From Adineta vaga (taxonomy: Eukaryota; Animalia; Rotifera): a stretch of 64,000 nt of DNA. Under the pieces are notes generated by a model. It had not been told where the DNA came from. It did no database searches and was given only the letters and a program-made list of their open reading frames with translations. Position numbers and translations under genes: made by a program. The stretch's first letter is position 1; every line of letters begins with the position of its first letter. The DNA lies in contig CP075492.1 in assembly GCA_021613535.1 (NCBI GenBank), positions 10,416,001-10,480,000 of the forward strand, read 5' to 3'. This document shows positions 1-13,432 of this stretch, piece by piece.

Positions 1-135
1 GAGTTTAATTAATTCAACGTCATCTTCATATTCTTCCAATGTCAATGCATCAGTAAAACCATTATCTAATTTAATAGAATTCGCAATTGAAATACTTGAT
101 AAAATGACATAGAATAATATCGAACGAGAAATCAT
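1..135 (-). CDS. 5' end of a secreted protein (runs off window)
   Basis: ATG at 135; open frame MISRSILFYVILSSISIANSIKLDNGFTDALTLEEYEDDVELIKL with a hydrophobic signal-peptide-like N-terminus followed by an acidic segment; family not identifiable. Confidence 0.55.
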   Translation of the reverse strand, partial: MISRSILFYVILSSISIANSIKLDNGFTDALTLEEYEDDVELIKL

Positions 136-383
136 TATCAAATATGAACATCACAAATAAAACGGAAGTAAAAATGATTATCGGAATGAAAATTATCTAG
201 AATATGCAAAACAAACAATCAATCATTCTTATATCATAATTAAAAAAAAGAAACACAAATCGAAATTTTAATTTTGTTAACAATAACAATAAGATTATGT
301 CAAAAACACTGCAAACAATTTATACTAAGTATAAATGCTGTAAAAAATACGATTAATAAGAAAAAGCACTTGAATAAATTGAT

Positions 384-3335
384 TTAAGGATCAATAAATG
401 ATACCATGATATATCGTTTTCCTTTTGTTACTGGTAAACCTTCATGTAAATGTGTTAAACGACCTGGTTGCATCAATGCCCAACCACGACGTGTCGATAA
501 TACTGAACAATTTTGTCGAACAAATCGACAACCACCACCCTATAACAAAATTGTATAACTTTTCAAATGAAAATATTCCATAGCTTACTTCAAAATCTTT
601 TCCAGGATCATTCAAAGCAAGATTAACCGTATATGTCGATGCATCATGATGTGCTCGTAAACTTCTTTGACGATCGGGCATGTAACGAACGACAAAATTA
701 AGCACTGCTTTTGGTGGCTATAAACAATCAGATTGATTCGGATTTCGAATAAACAAAAAAAAAAGAACTTACATCACTATAATAACCAGTAAAGACTTTT
801 TGTTGAATTGGTTGAACAATATCTCTCAAAATGAATAGCCAATGTTCTTGAAAATCAACTTGTGTCATGTGTATATCATCTGTTGGAACATTTTCATAAC
901 CACCATTTAATCGCGCATCCTAAATGAACAAATTTTGAATAGTTTGTTTAGTTTTTTCTATCGATTCAATTTTACTGAATGTGTTGCTCCAGACCATTGA
1001 TTGAATGTTTCCATTAAATTGATTAAACTTTCAGTAAATTCTTCGGAAAGAAATGGAAACCAATAGACATCAGGACATGGCTAAAAATGAGAACAAAATC
1101 ATTTGTTGAAAAATAATAAATGATTTACCTGTTCAATAACTGTATCAGCTTCAAGTGATTTATGATAGGCAGGATGAAGATAACGAGCTTTCCAATCCTA
1201 CAAAATTAAAAGATTTCAACTAAACATAATTCAAAAGAAAATATTTACTTTGACATTATTGAATATTTCATAGAGTTCAGGTTGTGTTAATGAGATATTA
1301 AAATTTTCTGGATCGATTAAATGTCCATAATTCATATCATTATCAATATACATGAAATATCCCTTTAAAAATTAAAAAACAATCTTAATGAAGACTTTTT
1401 TACTTTAACTCACAGCATCTCGTATTGATTGACAAAATTTCACATCTGGATCAACTTTTGATTCGATATAACTTGGAGTAAAACGTTGAAGAAACTTTCC
1501 ATTAATTAAATAAACATGAGCAACATGAGGAACATTGAAAAGACCCCTAAACAAACAATACATATTCAATTACATAGACGAAAAGAATTTCGTACATTTT
1601 CTTATAATTAACAAAATCCATATAATCTGGTGATCGTTGATAAAATCCATCATCGGAAATATCTCCCCAAAAATTGCTCCATGTTTGCCCAGGTCGAAGT
1701 AACATCGGTGCGACAACCGTTCGATTTCGTACGATTAATTCAATTAATGTATCAGGATGATCAATATGTGCAATTGAATCAAGCACGAAAAGATAATCAC
1801 ATTTATCTTCTTGACATTCGCGACTAAAAAGAAAAATCTCGAAATTTCAATTCTTTTCAATTTCAATCCACATACATAGCTTGTTGTCGAGCTTCACCTT
1901 CACTCATATCATCATCGACATTCAAATATTTGACGAACTTATATTCCTCTTCTTTGAATTTTTTTAAATAGTGCTCCGTAATATTTTTATGATACTCAAC
2001 CTAAATAAAAAAAATGAAGGATGTCTTTTAAGAATTTAACTTAATCTGTAAGAAAATGACCTGATTGTGAATTAAAATACCCATACGTTGTTTAGGATAA
2101 GTAATTTTCATGATTTTTTCAAAATATTCACGAAGAAATGGTGTTGGATATTCAATAAATATTGACAAATAAACTATTGGCCATTGTAAAAGCTGAATGT
2201 AAAAAAAGCGTAACAGTGAAAATCAATTCTCAAAAGATTTCATTCTTACTTCTTTATTTTCTGTGAGATCATATTGATTTTCTTTGTTTTGTAAACATCC
2301 AGTAGTTGGTGACCATGTTCGAGCAATATAATTACTCAAATAATTCAAACTTTTCTAAAAAAATAAAACAAACGAAATTGATTATCAAGATGTTGAATTA
2401 TTTACTTTTCCTGAGCCAAATCCTTGAATAACAGTAGGAATTGCATCTGTCCAAGTATTATGAATATAAATTTCATCATTTTGTACTGGTAATTCGATTT
2501 CATCCATAGCATCATTTAAATTCATAAAAATTTCAGCACGCTTATCAAGTACGATTGACCATTTTTTCTGAAAAATAAAACCGATTCAAAATGCAATGAA
2601 TAAAATCAATGAATAATATCGTACTCGAATCGTTTCATCGAGAAAAAGTTTAGTAAAGAACGATTGTTCATCTTTAATTTTTTCGTCACTCGAAATCATG
2701 TCATAAATATCCGATGCATAACCCATAAAACCATTCGAATTTAAGAAACGTTTTTCATGTTCTCCAACTAATGGATAATCATACTAAAAAGAAAACATAT
2801 CGTTAGGGAAAGTTATTATTCATAATTCATTCATTCTGACTTGTAATTTTTCATCAGGCCAACATGTATCCTCTGCACTGAAGACAATTCGAGCAGGTTT
2901 CAATGTTTGAAATTTATTTAGTAAAAATTCTGGTCCTTGATTAAAGATGACATTGTATGCATCAGTAACGAGAAGGATTTTGTTTTTATCATTTTTATAA
3001 CGAATCAAATTTTCTCGAAGAATCTTCATACGTTGAAATCCATCATTAGTTTGTTTTTTATCAAGGTCATAAATCTAAATTAATTAATTAAATGTTAAAT
3101 CAATATTTGCTTGTATCAAAATATTACCTCATGTTTATAGCCATAAATATTCAATGATCGAATAAAACGATGATAATTATCGGTGTGATTGTTCGCAACC
3201 GCAACAACAAGTAGATCATCTACAGAAGATAATATTTTTCTTTGAAATCAATGAATATTTTTAAGTACCTTTATTGATCGTTTGAGTTGAACAAATCAAG
3301 TTAATACTAACAATCAAAATTAATAGTTGTAACAT
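384..3335 (-). CDS. PLOD: Procollagen-lysine 2-oxoglutarate 5-dioxygenase (lysyl hydroxylase), multi-exon
   Basis: Signal peptide [16 protein letters not shown]; motifs [49 protein letters not shown]-stop at 384-386; many short GT-AG introns. Confidence 0.95.
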
Positions 3336-3766
3336 CTTCTTTTTAGTGCATAACAAAAGTGATCGGTTATTGGGACAATGCCGAGTATAGTGCCTGGATG
3401 AAGATGATGATACTGATAGTGGAATGGACTGACCTATTTTTAGTAACACTTCCTCTGGCGCTACAGTCTATTTCTATTTATTTTTAAGAAAAATTATTTT
3501 TTATTTTATCAAATTAATCGTTAATAACATTTCTTGAAAAATTTCATCTTAGAAAGATTAATTCGATACAAAATGTTCAAGTGCATTGATGTGTTATTAC
3601 ATAATCACTATAGAGAATACTTCATTCATTTTCTTTTCGTTGTTATTCATTCATTGATGAACGTAAAAATTATAGAAAAATTTTTATTCCCAATCTATTT
3701 TATTTGTTTCTAGATCGACACTGAATTAGTGATCGTTTTCTTCTTTAGAAAAATATTGATTAAAAA

Positions 3767-6598
3767 ATGTCAACAAATAATGGAAATATTCAACAAGATA
3801 CATTATCTTCATTGACCTCCCAAGAATCTGTTGACAGTCAAAATGAAAAACCCTATACTGATCAAGGAATAAATGAAAAAATTGTACAAAAAATTCGTTC
3901 TCTTATTGAAATAGGTAAATTAACTTCGAGCGATATAGATAATCGTGTATGTGAACAATTACGTTCGATTCCTGATGATGCTACAGCAATTGATACATTA
4001 TTTAATGAATTTAACAATTCCGATTTAACCGGTGTAGTAAATAAAGGTGCATTTTTATGTAATTTTATTAAACAATGGAAAATCGATAACCCACAACAAG
4101 CAAGATCGATTGGAGATGATTCACAATCAGGACAAGGTTTGGGTGAAAATGTACGCACACATAAACCTGGTCCCGATGAAGCAAAACTAAAAGTAAGCGA
4201 GAAGAATTAAACAAAATAAATCAATAAATTGTTATTTTATTTCATTTAGCAAATTCTTGAGCGAACAGGATACAAAACTGAAGTTACTGCCGGTCAAAGG
4301 AAATATGGTGGACCGCCACCTGACGGACCTGAACGATCAGCATATCATAGTGAAGTAAGTAACACATTTATTCTCATCATGTAGATGCTTTTTAATACAG
4401 CCAAATGCTATTTTAGGCATCAGTTGATTTGCTTTTTTTTCTATAATTTAACTAATAGGAAAGGCACAATCAATAGTAATTTTGTATTGTTGTACGCAGA
4501 TGTTTATAAATTCTGTTTTTTTTCCTTCATAGGTCTTTATTGGTAAACTTCCTCGTGAAATATTTGAAGATGAATTAATTCCACTGTGTGAAAAAGCTGG
4601 CAAAATTTGGGATTTACGTTTAATGATTGATCCTGCATCAGGTTTCAATAAAGGTTATTGTTTTGTTACTTATTGTTCACCTGGGGAATCAAACAAAGCA
4701 TGTGAATTGGTAAGTTGAATTGTTCAAATATATATTTCTTCTATTTAAAACTTATTTATTTTCAAGCTTGATGGTCATGAAATTCGTCCAGGAAAACCAA
4801 TCAAAGCAAATACTAGTGTTGCTAATCTGCGCTTATTTATCGGCAATATTCCAAAGACTAAGTCCAAAGAAGAAATCAAAGATGAACTATCAAAAGCTGT
4901 AGAAGGCGTCGCAGATGTTATTATATATACTCCCGCTGATGAGGCTGATAAAAAGAAAAATCGTGGTTTTTGTTTCGTTGATTTTGATACACATAAAAAT
5001 GCATCAGCTGCAAAAAGAAAGTTATCCAATGGTCGTGCTCGAGTATGTCGTACTTTAAAAGAAGATTTTTTTATCATATAGATACATAATGAGAAATTTT
5101 AGGTCTTCAATCGTGATATTGCTGTTGACTGGGCAGATCCGGATGAAGATCCCGATGAAGATACTATGTCTCAAGTAAAAGTTCTATATGTTCGAAATTT
5201 AACATCTGAAGTAACAGAAAATGATGTGAAAGATTTCTTTTTACCATATGGAAATATTGAACGTGTACGCAAAGTTCGAGTAAGCTATTGATCTTTATAT
5301 TTTGTACATCCATTTTCAATGAATAATAAATAGGATTATGCATTTGTTCATTTTGATAAACGAGAAGATGCTTTAAATGCTATGCGTGCACTCAATGGAA
5401 AGGTAAAAGAAACGCAAAAAGGTGTTTAAAATGATGAACTAATGTATGTTTTTCTTTGTTAGACTCTTGGTCGCAATTCGATTGAAGTTAATTTAGCTAA
5501 ACCTTTAAGTGATAAACGAAAACAAGCACAAGCGAAACGTGAACAACGAAAACCTTTTGACACACAAGATAGCTCTGGTGATTATCCATCTGGCAGATCA
5601 TCATCTGGAAATTACAGAGGATTGAGTCAGAATAATCCTTCACGCGGTGGTGGTGGTGGTGGTAATGGACGATTCAATGACTCTTATAGTACGCATTTTG
5701 TGGTTGTGAATGTATATATTCGTTGAAAATATAACTTTGCTATTTTAGACGGAAATAATTTTGGTGCTTTCGGTGGAGATAATTTAATGGGAGGTGGTAG
5801 TGGTGGTCCACCATTACCACCACGAGGTGGACCTTCTCAACGAGGTAGTCGAGGTGGTGTAAGTACTCATTTGAAGATAAAGTCATGGAGAAATGGAAAA
5901 TTGAATCTTTTTATCTTTAGCGATCTGGTGGCGAGCGAGGTGGCTTTTCAGGTAATCGAGGAGGAGGAGGAGGAGGTGGATATAGTTCAGGTAATCGAGG
6001 TGGAAGTGGAAATTTCAATCAAAGTAATCGTGGAGGATATAATAATAATAATAATTATCGAGGCAACAACTATGGCGGACCATCACAAAATGTAAGAAAC
6101 AAAAAAAAACGAATGATTCATCATCTACCTTTCGTATTTTTCAGCATAACTCTGGCAGTTATAACAATAACAGTGGTTTTAATCAAATGGGAAATAGTGG
6201 TTTTAATAACCAAGGTTTGTTTTTATCGATGCTAAGAACAGTTCATAATTGATTTTTATTTAGGAGGTTTTGGAGCCTTCAGTGGACCACCGTCGAACAA
6301 TAATCAATCATTTGGTCGATCATCCAATCAAATGGGCATGAGCAATAGTGGCTTTGGCATGAATTCAATGCAACAAAACCAACCATATGGAGGTATGAAA
6401 CGACCACCGAACCAGATGAACGATGGGAATATGTCGAAACGATCCCGCCCTGATACAGGATCGTGGGGAGCCATGGGTGGCGATGGAAGCGATAATTCCA
6501 ATAGTGGTCCACAACAGCAACAGAATGCCGGTGGAAATTGGTATCAAGATCAGGGCTACAACAACTCCCAGCAACAGTCCAGCTATAGCTGGAACTGA
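3767..6598 (+). CDS. SYNCRIP: hnRNP Q/R (SYNCRIP-like) RNA-binding protein, multi-exon
   Basis: N-terminal NURR-like segment (SDLTGVVNKGAFLC, GPDEAKLK, GQRKYGGPP), three RRMs (FIGKLP...KGYCFVTY; LFIGNIP...KNRGFCFVDF; VLYVRNL...DYAFVHF), RGG tract and Q/N/G-rich tail. Confidence 0.93.
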
Positions 6599-7285
6599 GT
6601 TTTGCCTATAGATGCTCCAGTGTGTGTGAGAGGTGAACTTTTCGAAAAGACAGTGGGTGAAAAAATGAATTCTCTCTCTCCTATCTCTCTCGCTTGCTCT
6701 CCTATTGCCCGAAACTTGAAAAATCCGACTTCATACATACGTACACGTACACAAACAATACCTAAATATCTTCTTTTTTTCTTGTTTTTCTTTTTGTTTT
6801 CTCATCAATGTTGATAAAAATTATTTACCAAAAACACCAAGGAAAAAAATCAGCCACTAAAGAAGGAAAAAAATTAGTGTTTTTTGTATAGTAAAAAAAA
6901 ACAAAGGACTTTTTCTTAATTCATTTGTTTATGTCTGTGTCATTGAACCTTTCTCTGTTCTGTGCTTTTTGATTTTTGGACCAAAATTGTTTTTCGTCGT
7001 TTCTCTATCGCCTCATAAAAAACACGAAAATTGTTTTTGACAAATTACAACTAACCAATGTTTTTTAAAATTTTTTAATTTTCGAATTTTCAAAAAAAAT
7101 CGGCGAGAGAGATTGAAAAAAAAGACATTACTGGTTATGGAATCTGTAAAATCATTTCGACGATTGATGCGAAACAGAAAGTTAAAAATACAACTTTGTA
7201 TCTACCTCCATTTATTTATATAAAGAAATTTAAATCACATAGGAAGATAGGAATAGATAAGACTGCATTAGTCATTTTATTTCAG

Positions 7286-7554
7286 GCTATATTGTTTTCC
7301 ATCATTCACCGTATGCAATTGGACCTGTTTTGGCTTGTTATACGACAAATCCAACTGCACAAATGACACCATCATATCTTCATCCAACATTGTCAGATAT
7401 TCCAAAACGACTTCAATTTGAACCAAATCTTAATGAAATCGAGGATAAAAGTAATAGAATTCCTAACATGTCACTTGATTGTGATGGTACATCATTTTTA
7501 GATCGAAGACAGATCATAATTTGCAATAATGAAGCAGTTTGGTCAGAACAATAA
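7286..7554 (+). CDS. Candidate alternative last exon of the hnRNP Q/R gene
   Basis: ttatttcAG acceptor at 7284-7285, phase 1, matching the donor after 6214; open for about 89 codons to TAA at 7552-7554. Confidence 0.5.
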
Positions 7555-8842
7555 ATGATCTTTTCAAATGTACATAAAAAGAAAGAGCCATTGAATAACA
7601 TTCTTACTATATGTCTCGGTGCTTTGCCTTTTTCTTCGTTAGTATTTATACAACACAAGCAATCAATTGTTGTATTATTATTATTATGATATAAGCATTC
7701 TTATGTTGCTGATATGTCAGATACTTTTGTATCGATATTTTTCTAATCTACAGCTTTTGTTTTCTTGCATTTTTTAACTTTGTTTTGTTTTATCTTTTTC
7801 TTTTTTTTTATGTTAACGATGCGTCTTTAATATATATATCTGCACTTGTTTTTATTGAAAAATGTCTTCTTTTTTTCTTCGATTGATCGTATTACTCAAT
7901 TTAGACAGTCGCTATTTCGATTTGAATGAGATATGTCTCGAATCATCCAAGCGAAATGAATATTATATAAGAGTAATGTTGATGAACTGAAAGATGAGAA
8001 GTAGTATTACAATGAAGAATTTGTAGCTAGACCAAGACAAATGTCACTTAATTGTTCGATACACACGTGAACATCAGAACATGATAAATTGTAACACATC
8101 GTCAAAAAGAATTTTGTAGTTTCCGGTTTTTGGTTACGTCAGGAAATTAATTTTTCTAGGAAATGTCTATGAACACCAAATCTATATTACTCGAGGTGAA
8201 TTAGAACAGGAAATATATTGTCATGACTCGTTGTTATTAGAAAACTAGCATAATAAAAAAATATGTTATTCGAAATGAATATATTCGAACTAATCTTGGA
8301 TTTTCTTGACAAAGTAATTCGAAAATTTCATATTTCAAAGTATTGTCAAAAACAAAAACACTCTTATGAAACCTTTTAAACTTAATCTTTTGCAAAACAA
8401 AAAATAACGAATAACTGAATTTCAGAATTTAACGCCTTCTTTTTCTTTCATTCTGACAATGAAATGCATCCATTTCATCAACATCCGTTATTACTATAAC
8501 TTTATCAGTAGATTTCTTTTCACTTAAATTCTAATTGTAGCATATATCCATTATACTCTCGAAAAAAAGTCTTTTTTTATCGACATTATTAATAGAACGG
8601 AAATCGAATATTACACGCCGTTTATTCACCATGTGATCTCTTTCATCGATTTACCTTTTGTTTTGTTCATACATTCTGTGAAATGAAATGAAATAAAAAA
8701 AAATGTACTGTTCTCTTTACAACATACATGTAAAAAGAAAAGAAGAAAGAAGAAAATCATAGCATCGACTTTCTTTTTACAATAGTGTTGATGAAAAATT
8801 GAATCTAAACATACGAATCGGTTGACTTTACAGATCAATATC

Positions 8843-10548
8843 ATGGTGCATTCAAAACGAGATATTCTAGAACAGTATAGTAGATTTCTTGAACGTAATA
8901 TTATCTTAACTGATGATTTGATTCGATGGATAAGAGAAGAAAAAATGCTTCCAAATCATGTCTTTGTTGATATTCAAGTATGCATTTGCTCTTTTCATCG
9001 TTCTAATTCATATGTTTTGTTTACTCAACTAGGCTTTAACTTCATCGGTAGAAAAAAATAAAGCATTTTTATCGAATATTTTCGATTATGGTGATGCAGG
9101 TTTTACAAAACTAGTTGAAGGTTTAATTGCAAATGGTCAACCATTTATTGGTGAACTTCTAGAGAATGAAGGTTACCTAAACATATTGGAATAAATTTAA
9201 AGAAAAAACAAACAAATTTTTTATTTGTAGATAAAAAAGCATCAGAATCAACAGATGATGTATCTGAAAAAGTAGTTATCAATGATGAAATGTTAAAAAA
9301 ATGTCCAGGTGTGGATAAATTACGTGCGGATACGAGAGATAAATTGAAAACATATTTACAAGAACAAGTAATTCATTGTGATTCAATTTAATAATTTATA
9401 TTTGTCTTAAGTTATTACGAGCTTATATACGTGATACATGGAGAAATCAAAATAAAGGCAAATCAGTCGAAGTCATCAATCTTAAACGACAACATTATGA
9501 AACTCAACGAAGATTATCGATTTCAGTCGAAGGGTAAATACTTTTGCTATGTAACTTTGTAAAATAGAATTTCATGTCTTTGTAGAGATAAACAAATAAT
9601 CATCAATTTAAGAGATGCTCTTCGTGATGAACAAAATGCTCGTCAAGAAAAAGTAAAATTATATTGAATCAACAAATAATCATAACAATCTTTTAGGAAG
9701 ATGAAGTCAAAGATCTTCGAAATGAATTAGCACGACTCAAACTAGACATCGAACAGAAATGGTCTAGTCAAATTAAAATGGTAACAACATGTGTTATAGA
9801 AATCATAAAATGTTTTTTGTTTTTCATTCAGGTTGATGCAAACAATCGTACTGTTTTCAAAATACAAGATAAAATGGTCATACTCGCTGATTGGCTTGTC
9901 TCATTAGGTATACAAAGATATATTCTTGAGAAATAATTCTTTCATCCTTTTAGATACCATACTCGAGACGAATATATTACAAAGTGGAATTGATTCGGAT
10001 ACATTGGATCAATTCGAAAGTAAACTTAGACGATATGAATTAGAAATCAAATCACTCCGCGATCGAGGAATTGGTAGAAATATTATCAATCTAAAAAGAA
10101 AGAATAATGTACTTTATTTGTTCTGTTTTCGATAGGTACTGATCAATTGAAAGAAGAATTATATGATGCGATATATACTAGTCGTTATTTACAGATTGAA
10201 GATCGTAAAAATAAAACATTCTATGATCTTTTAATACGTCTTTATGGATTAAGTCAAGTAACTGAACTAGCAACAATTTGTGCGAAAGATGCTTTACAAT
10301 TAAAACAAGATCGTGAATATGCCAATGATATCAAGTTGCGTGACGACAAAATTAATCGACTTACTTCTCTAAATGACGAATTAACTGCGGAAAATAAACA
10401 TCTCAAAACGACAATTGAAGCAAAAGAGAAGGTGCCGTGGCATCCTACAAATACATCCATTCCAGTTGAACGACGTGATCCAGGTAGACCACGAGAAGTA
10501 CTTAAACCAGCGAATGTTCAACCTGGAACAAAACCTGGAAATAGCTGA
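8843..10548 (+). CDS. CARD/death-fold-like N-terminus plus coiled-coil protein, multi-exon
   Basis: Spliced N-terminus MVHSKRDILEQYSRFLERNIILTDDLIRWIREEKMLPNHVFVDIQ...KNKAFLSNIFDYGDAGFTKLVEGLIANGQPFIGELLE has CARD-like spacing; E/K/R/Q-rich heptad exons follow; consistent short introns. Confidence 0.7.
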
Positions 10549-11403
10549 TAGCTTTATCATTATTCGATCGATTCCGGTGTTGAACGTTCTTTTTTTCTCT
10601 CACTATGAAACATAAACAAAATAATAAATTCATGTTTTTTTTTACATTTCTGTGTTTAATCATGATTGGTGTATGGAGGAGTAGAAATCTAGATTATTCT
10701 CTTCTGAATGCACTGAACGAATGTGCTGTGTATAGACTAATCAGTTGTCATTGAATATCCAATGAAATATTTATTAATAAATAAGCAAACTTTCGTTCAT
10801 TATTAGTAGTAGTAAATAATAGATTGTACGTGTTCGCTTATCGGAATATTCCATCGATCAAAATCTTAATTAGTTCTTTGCATATATGAGTCAGAATAAA
10901 CTTGTTATATTTTGATAAAGAGAGAGGGAGGAAAAAGAAGAGAAGAGAGAGGGAAAAAGAGAAGACAAAGATGTTTCCTAGAACAGGAAAATCATTAATA
11001 AAAGACGAAGAAATAAGTGGGTAGAGAAAAAGGAAGAAAATAATGAAGAATATATTTTTTATTGAGGAAACCTCGGTAAACAATAACAATTATATATCTA
11101 CGTGTGTTTGGAAACAATAAGAAACGCAGACAATATACGAAACAATTCAAGTGCATTTCTTCTCCATCAACCCAGGTAATGATAAATGACAATCTTTAGA
11201 AACTAAAATAGTAGGAGAAGATTTTTAATAGAAATAAACTTCACGTTTCATGATAATAGATGAGACAAGACATTGACATTGATCTAATTTTTAGATACTT
11301 TTTTTCTCTCTCTTGTATCAATGATAGTTAGAAGAAAAAAAAATAATCAGGACTTTTCCTTTTCTTCTTTTTACATAAGCCTACAACATACAATCCAACG
11401 ATC

Positions 11404-11758
11404 ATGAATTCAACAACTATTTTTGCCGGTGTTTTTAGTTGTCTTTTACTTATGGTGATCAGAGAAGTTTTCTTTTCTTTTCTCTTACTAATCTATTTCT
11501 CTATATGTTTTCCAGTTAGCTCTTACTCATTCATTTGCATTACCAGGCCAAACAATCGATGGTCAACAACATCAATTACTCCTTGAACGACCATCGGTTA
11601 TTTTACCGAAAAAATTTTTTTCAATTTATCAAGACGATAGTGCCAGCAATGAAGATTCTAGTGCACATGAATTTGAAAAACGTCGGTTCAATGCTTGGGC
11701 TGGTAAACGAAGTACACTTGGCAAACGACGTTTTAATGCGTGGGCTGGTCGACGATAG
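11404..11758 (+). CDS. Leucokinin/kinin-like neuropeptide precursor (2 exons)
   Basis: Exon 1 11404-11454, exon 2 from 11516; signal peptide, then ...EKR-RFNAWA-GKR-STL-GKR-RFNAWA-GRR-stop; FxxWA-amide fits the kinin FxxW(G/S/A)amide consensus. Confidence 0.8.
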
Positions 11759-12617
11759 ATGTTTGTCATCTAAATACATTTGCTTTCTTTCTCTCTCTCT
11801 CATTTCTGATCAATAAAATCAAACTAACCTCACATCTGATTCAAGCCATATAAAACTATAAATGAAATAAATATTGTTGCTATTGTTGTTGAAATTGCAT
11901 CTATTAATTCATCATCAACAACAACTATAGTTAAATGATGACTGCGAAATCGTGACATATAATCAAATTCAATTATTTAACAAAACAGAAAAGTACAAGA
12001 GAAAATACTACCATCAATTTCAAAGTCAACGATATTAAACATATTAATTTTCTAGGCAATTCAAAGCGAATTAAGAAACATGATGATTGATGATTCTACT
12101 CATAGTAGCGCGAATCCTATTGGTTAGCTTGTTTTCAATTAGTTTACTCTCTTTCTGAGATCATTGTAGAGCAATATGATGACATTAATAGCCATATATC
12201 ATTCTTATTATTATTATAATACATAAAGTTGTTGATGATTTTGAAGAAATTCAATTGACAACTGATGTATTTTATTCACTTGTTCGTATTCCAATAATGC
12301 ATTTTATTATCAAACAATATTCACTGCAATATCTATTTTCTGTCTAGAAATTGTCCTGAACATTATGATTTACCACTGATTAATTTTCACAAATTCAACA
12401 GACACATTATTTTCTTTTGTTAATTTTTCAAAATAATGAAATAATTTAATTAAAGATCATTTGATTCTTCGTATTCTAATGAAAAAAAGTGATAGATATC
12501 AGTACTGATATGAAGAACACGTTAAAATTTTTATCTTTATGCAAAGATGAGAACTTGAGTTGGTGACTACGGATCTATGTATCTCTGTTTCACCTATATC
12601 AGATCCATACTTGCACA

Positions 12618-12862
12618 TAGGGATGCAACAAATCCTTATGAAAATTTGGGTTTGGATTCATATTTCACTTTTGTAGTCTAAAAGTGCGATAAAACTATGT
12701 GATTGAGTCGCCAGAAATCTACGTGCCTCTGGAAACATTTTAATCCCTTCGTCAACACACTATAAGTGCTGTAAACTTCTTATGCACACTTGATATGGAG
12801 CTTTAAACCCAAATCCAAATCTGTTAAAACAAATCCAAGGCTTTAGGTTTGTTGCACGCCTA
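12618..12862. mobile_element. hAT-like MITE (245 bp)
   Basis: Imperfect TIRs TAGGGATGCAACAAA / TTTGTTGCACGCCTA; flanking 8-mers cttgcaca and cttccaca (7/8 identical) as TSD; internal aaatcc repeats. Confidence 0.75.
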
Positions 12863-13432
12863 CTTCCACATCATTTCACATTTCGGTAACTCACTGGTAT
12901 AAGTGATTTCTATTTATAATAGTAAATTTTAGAGACTTGAATTTTGTTATTGATAAGCTGCGTTTGTTGTAATGGATACTAAATGGAATTCTGTAACTTT
13001 CGTTATTCCAATATAAAAATGACAGATTTTGATAAAGGAAAATCTCTCTTATAAATGAGAATGATATATAGATTTTGCGAATCCTGAAATATCCAATTTG
13101 GCATGAAAATTAAGCTGTATAGTAGGATGGAAATTCAAGAAAATGTGTTTTCTTCTCCAATTGTACCATCTGCGCCTTCTTTTCTTCCATGAATACCAGA
13201 TAAAAATATTTTTCTCGCCTACTTTAATGATATTATGTATAATCGTAGTTAATTTCTCATTTAGTCAATATTCATCTTATGATATTGGTCTGTTTCATAC
13301 ACTATTTTAAGATGATATATTTTTTAGTTTCTTCTTCGCCTTGCATACATGTCATGTTCATCTCATTAGAGTGGATGATACTGTGCATGTTATGTTTTGT
13401 AAAATAATGAGTAAACTTTCTTTGTAAGCACT

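Noticed and set aside
3862-4158. Antisense ORFs overlapping real exons (also 4775-5077, 6365-6574, 19294-19719, 56412-56772)
   Set aside because: Shadow frames of coding sequence with no independent signals.
4354-4532. Longer-than-usual hnRNP intron as a possible poison-exon host
   Set aside because: Several AGs but no convincing exon with a strong donor.
10838-11192. Hydrophobic F/L-rich minus-strand ORFs resembling membrane proteins (also 15096-15338, 57559-58076)
   Set aside because: Arise from A/G-rich low-complexity intergenic or UTR sequence.
13050-13340. Possible decayed coding sequence on the minus strand (IFLSGIHG...DGTIG or an ATG-less open frame)
   Set aside because: Multiple stops and no family I can name; insufficient support.
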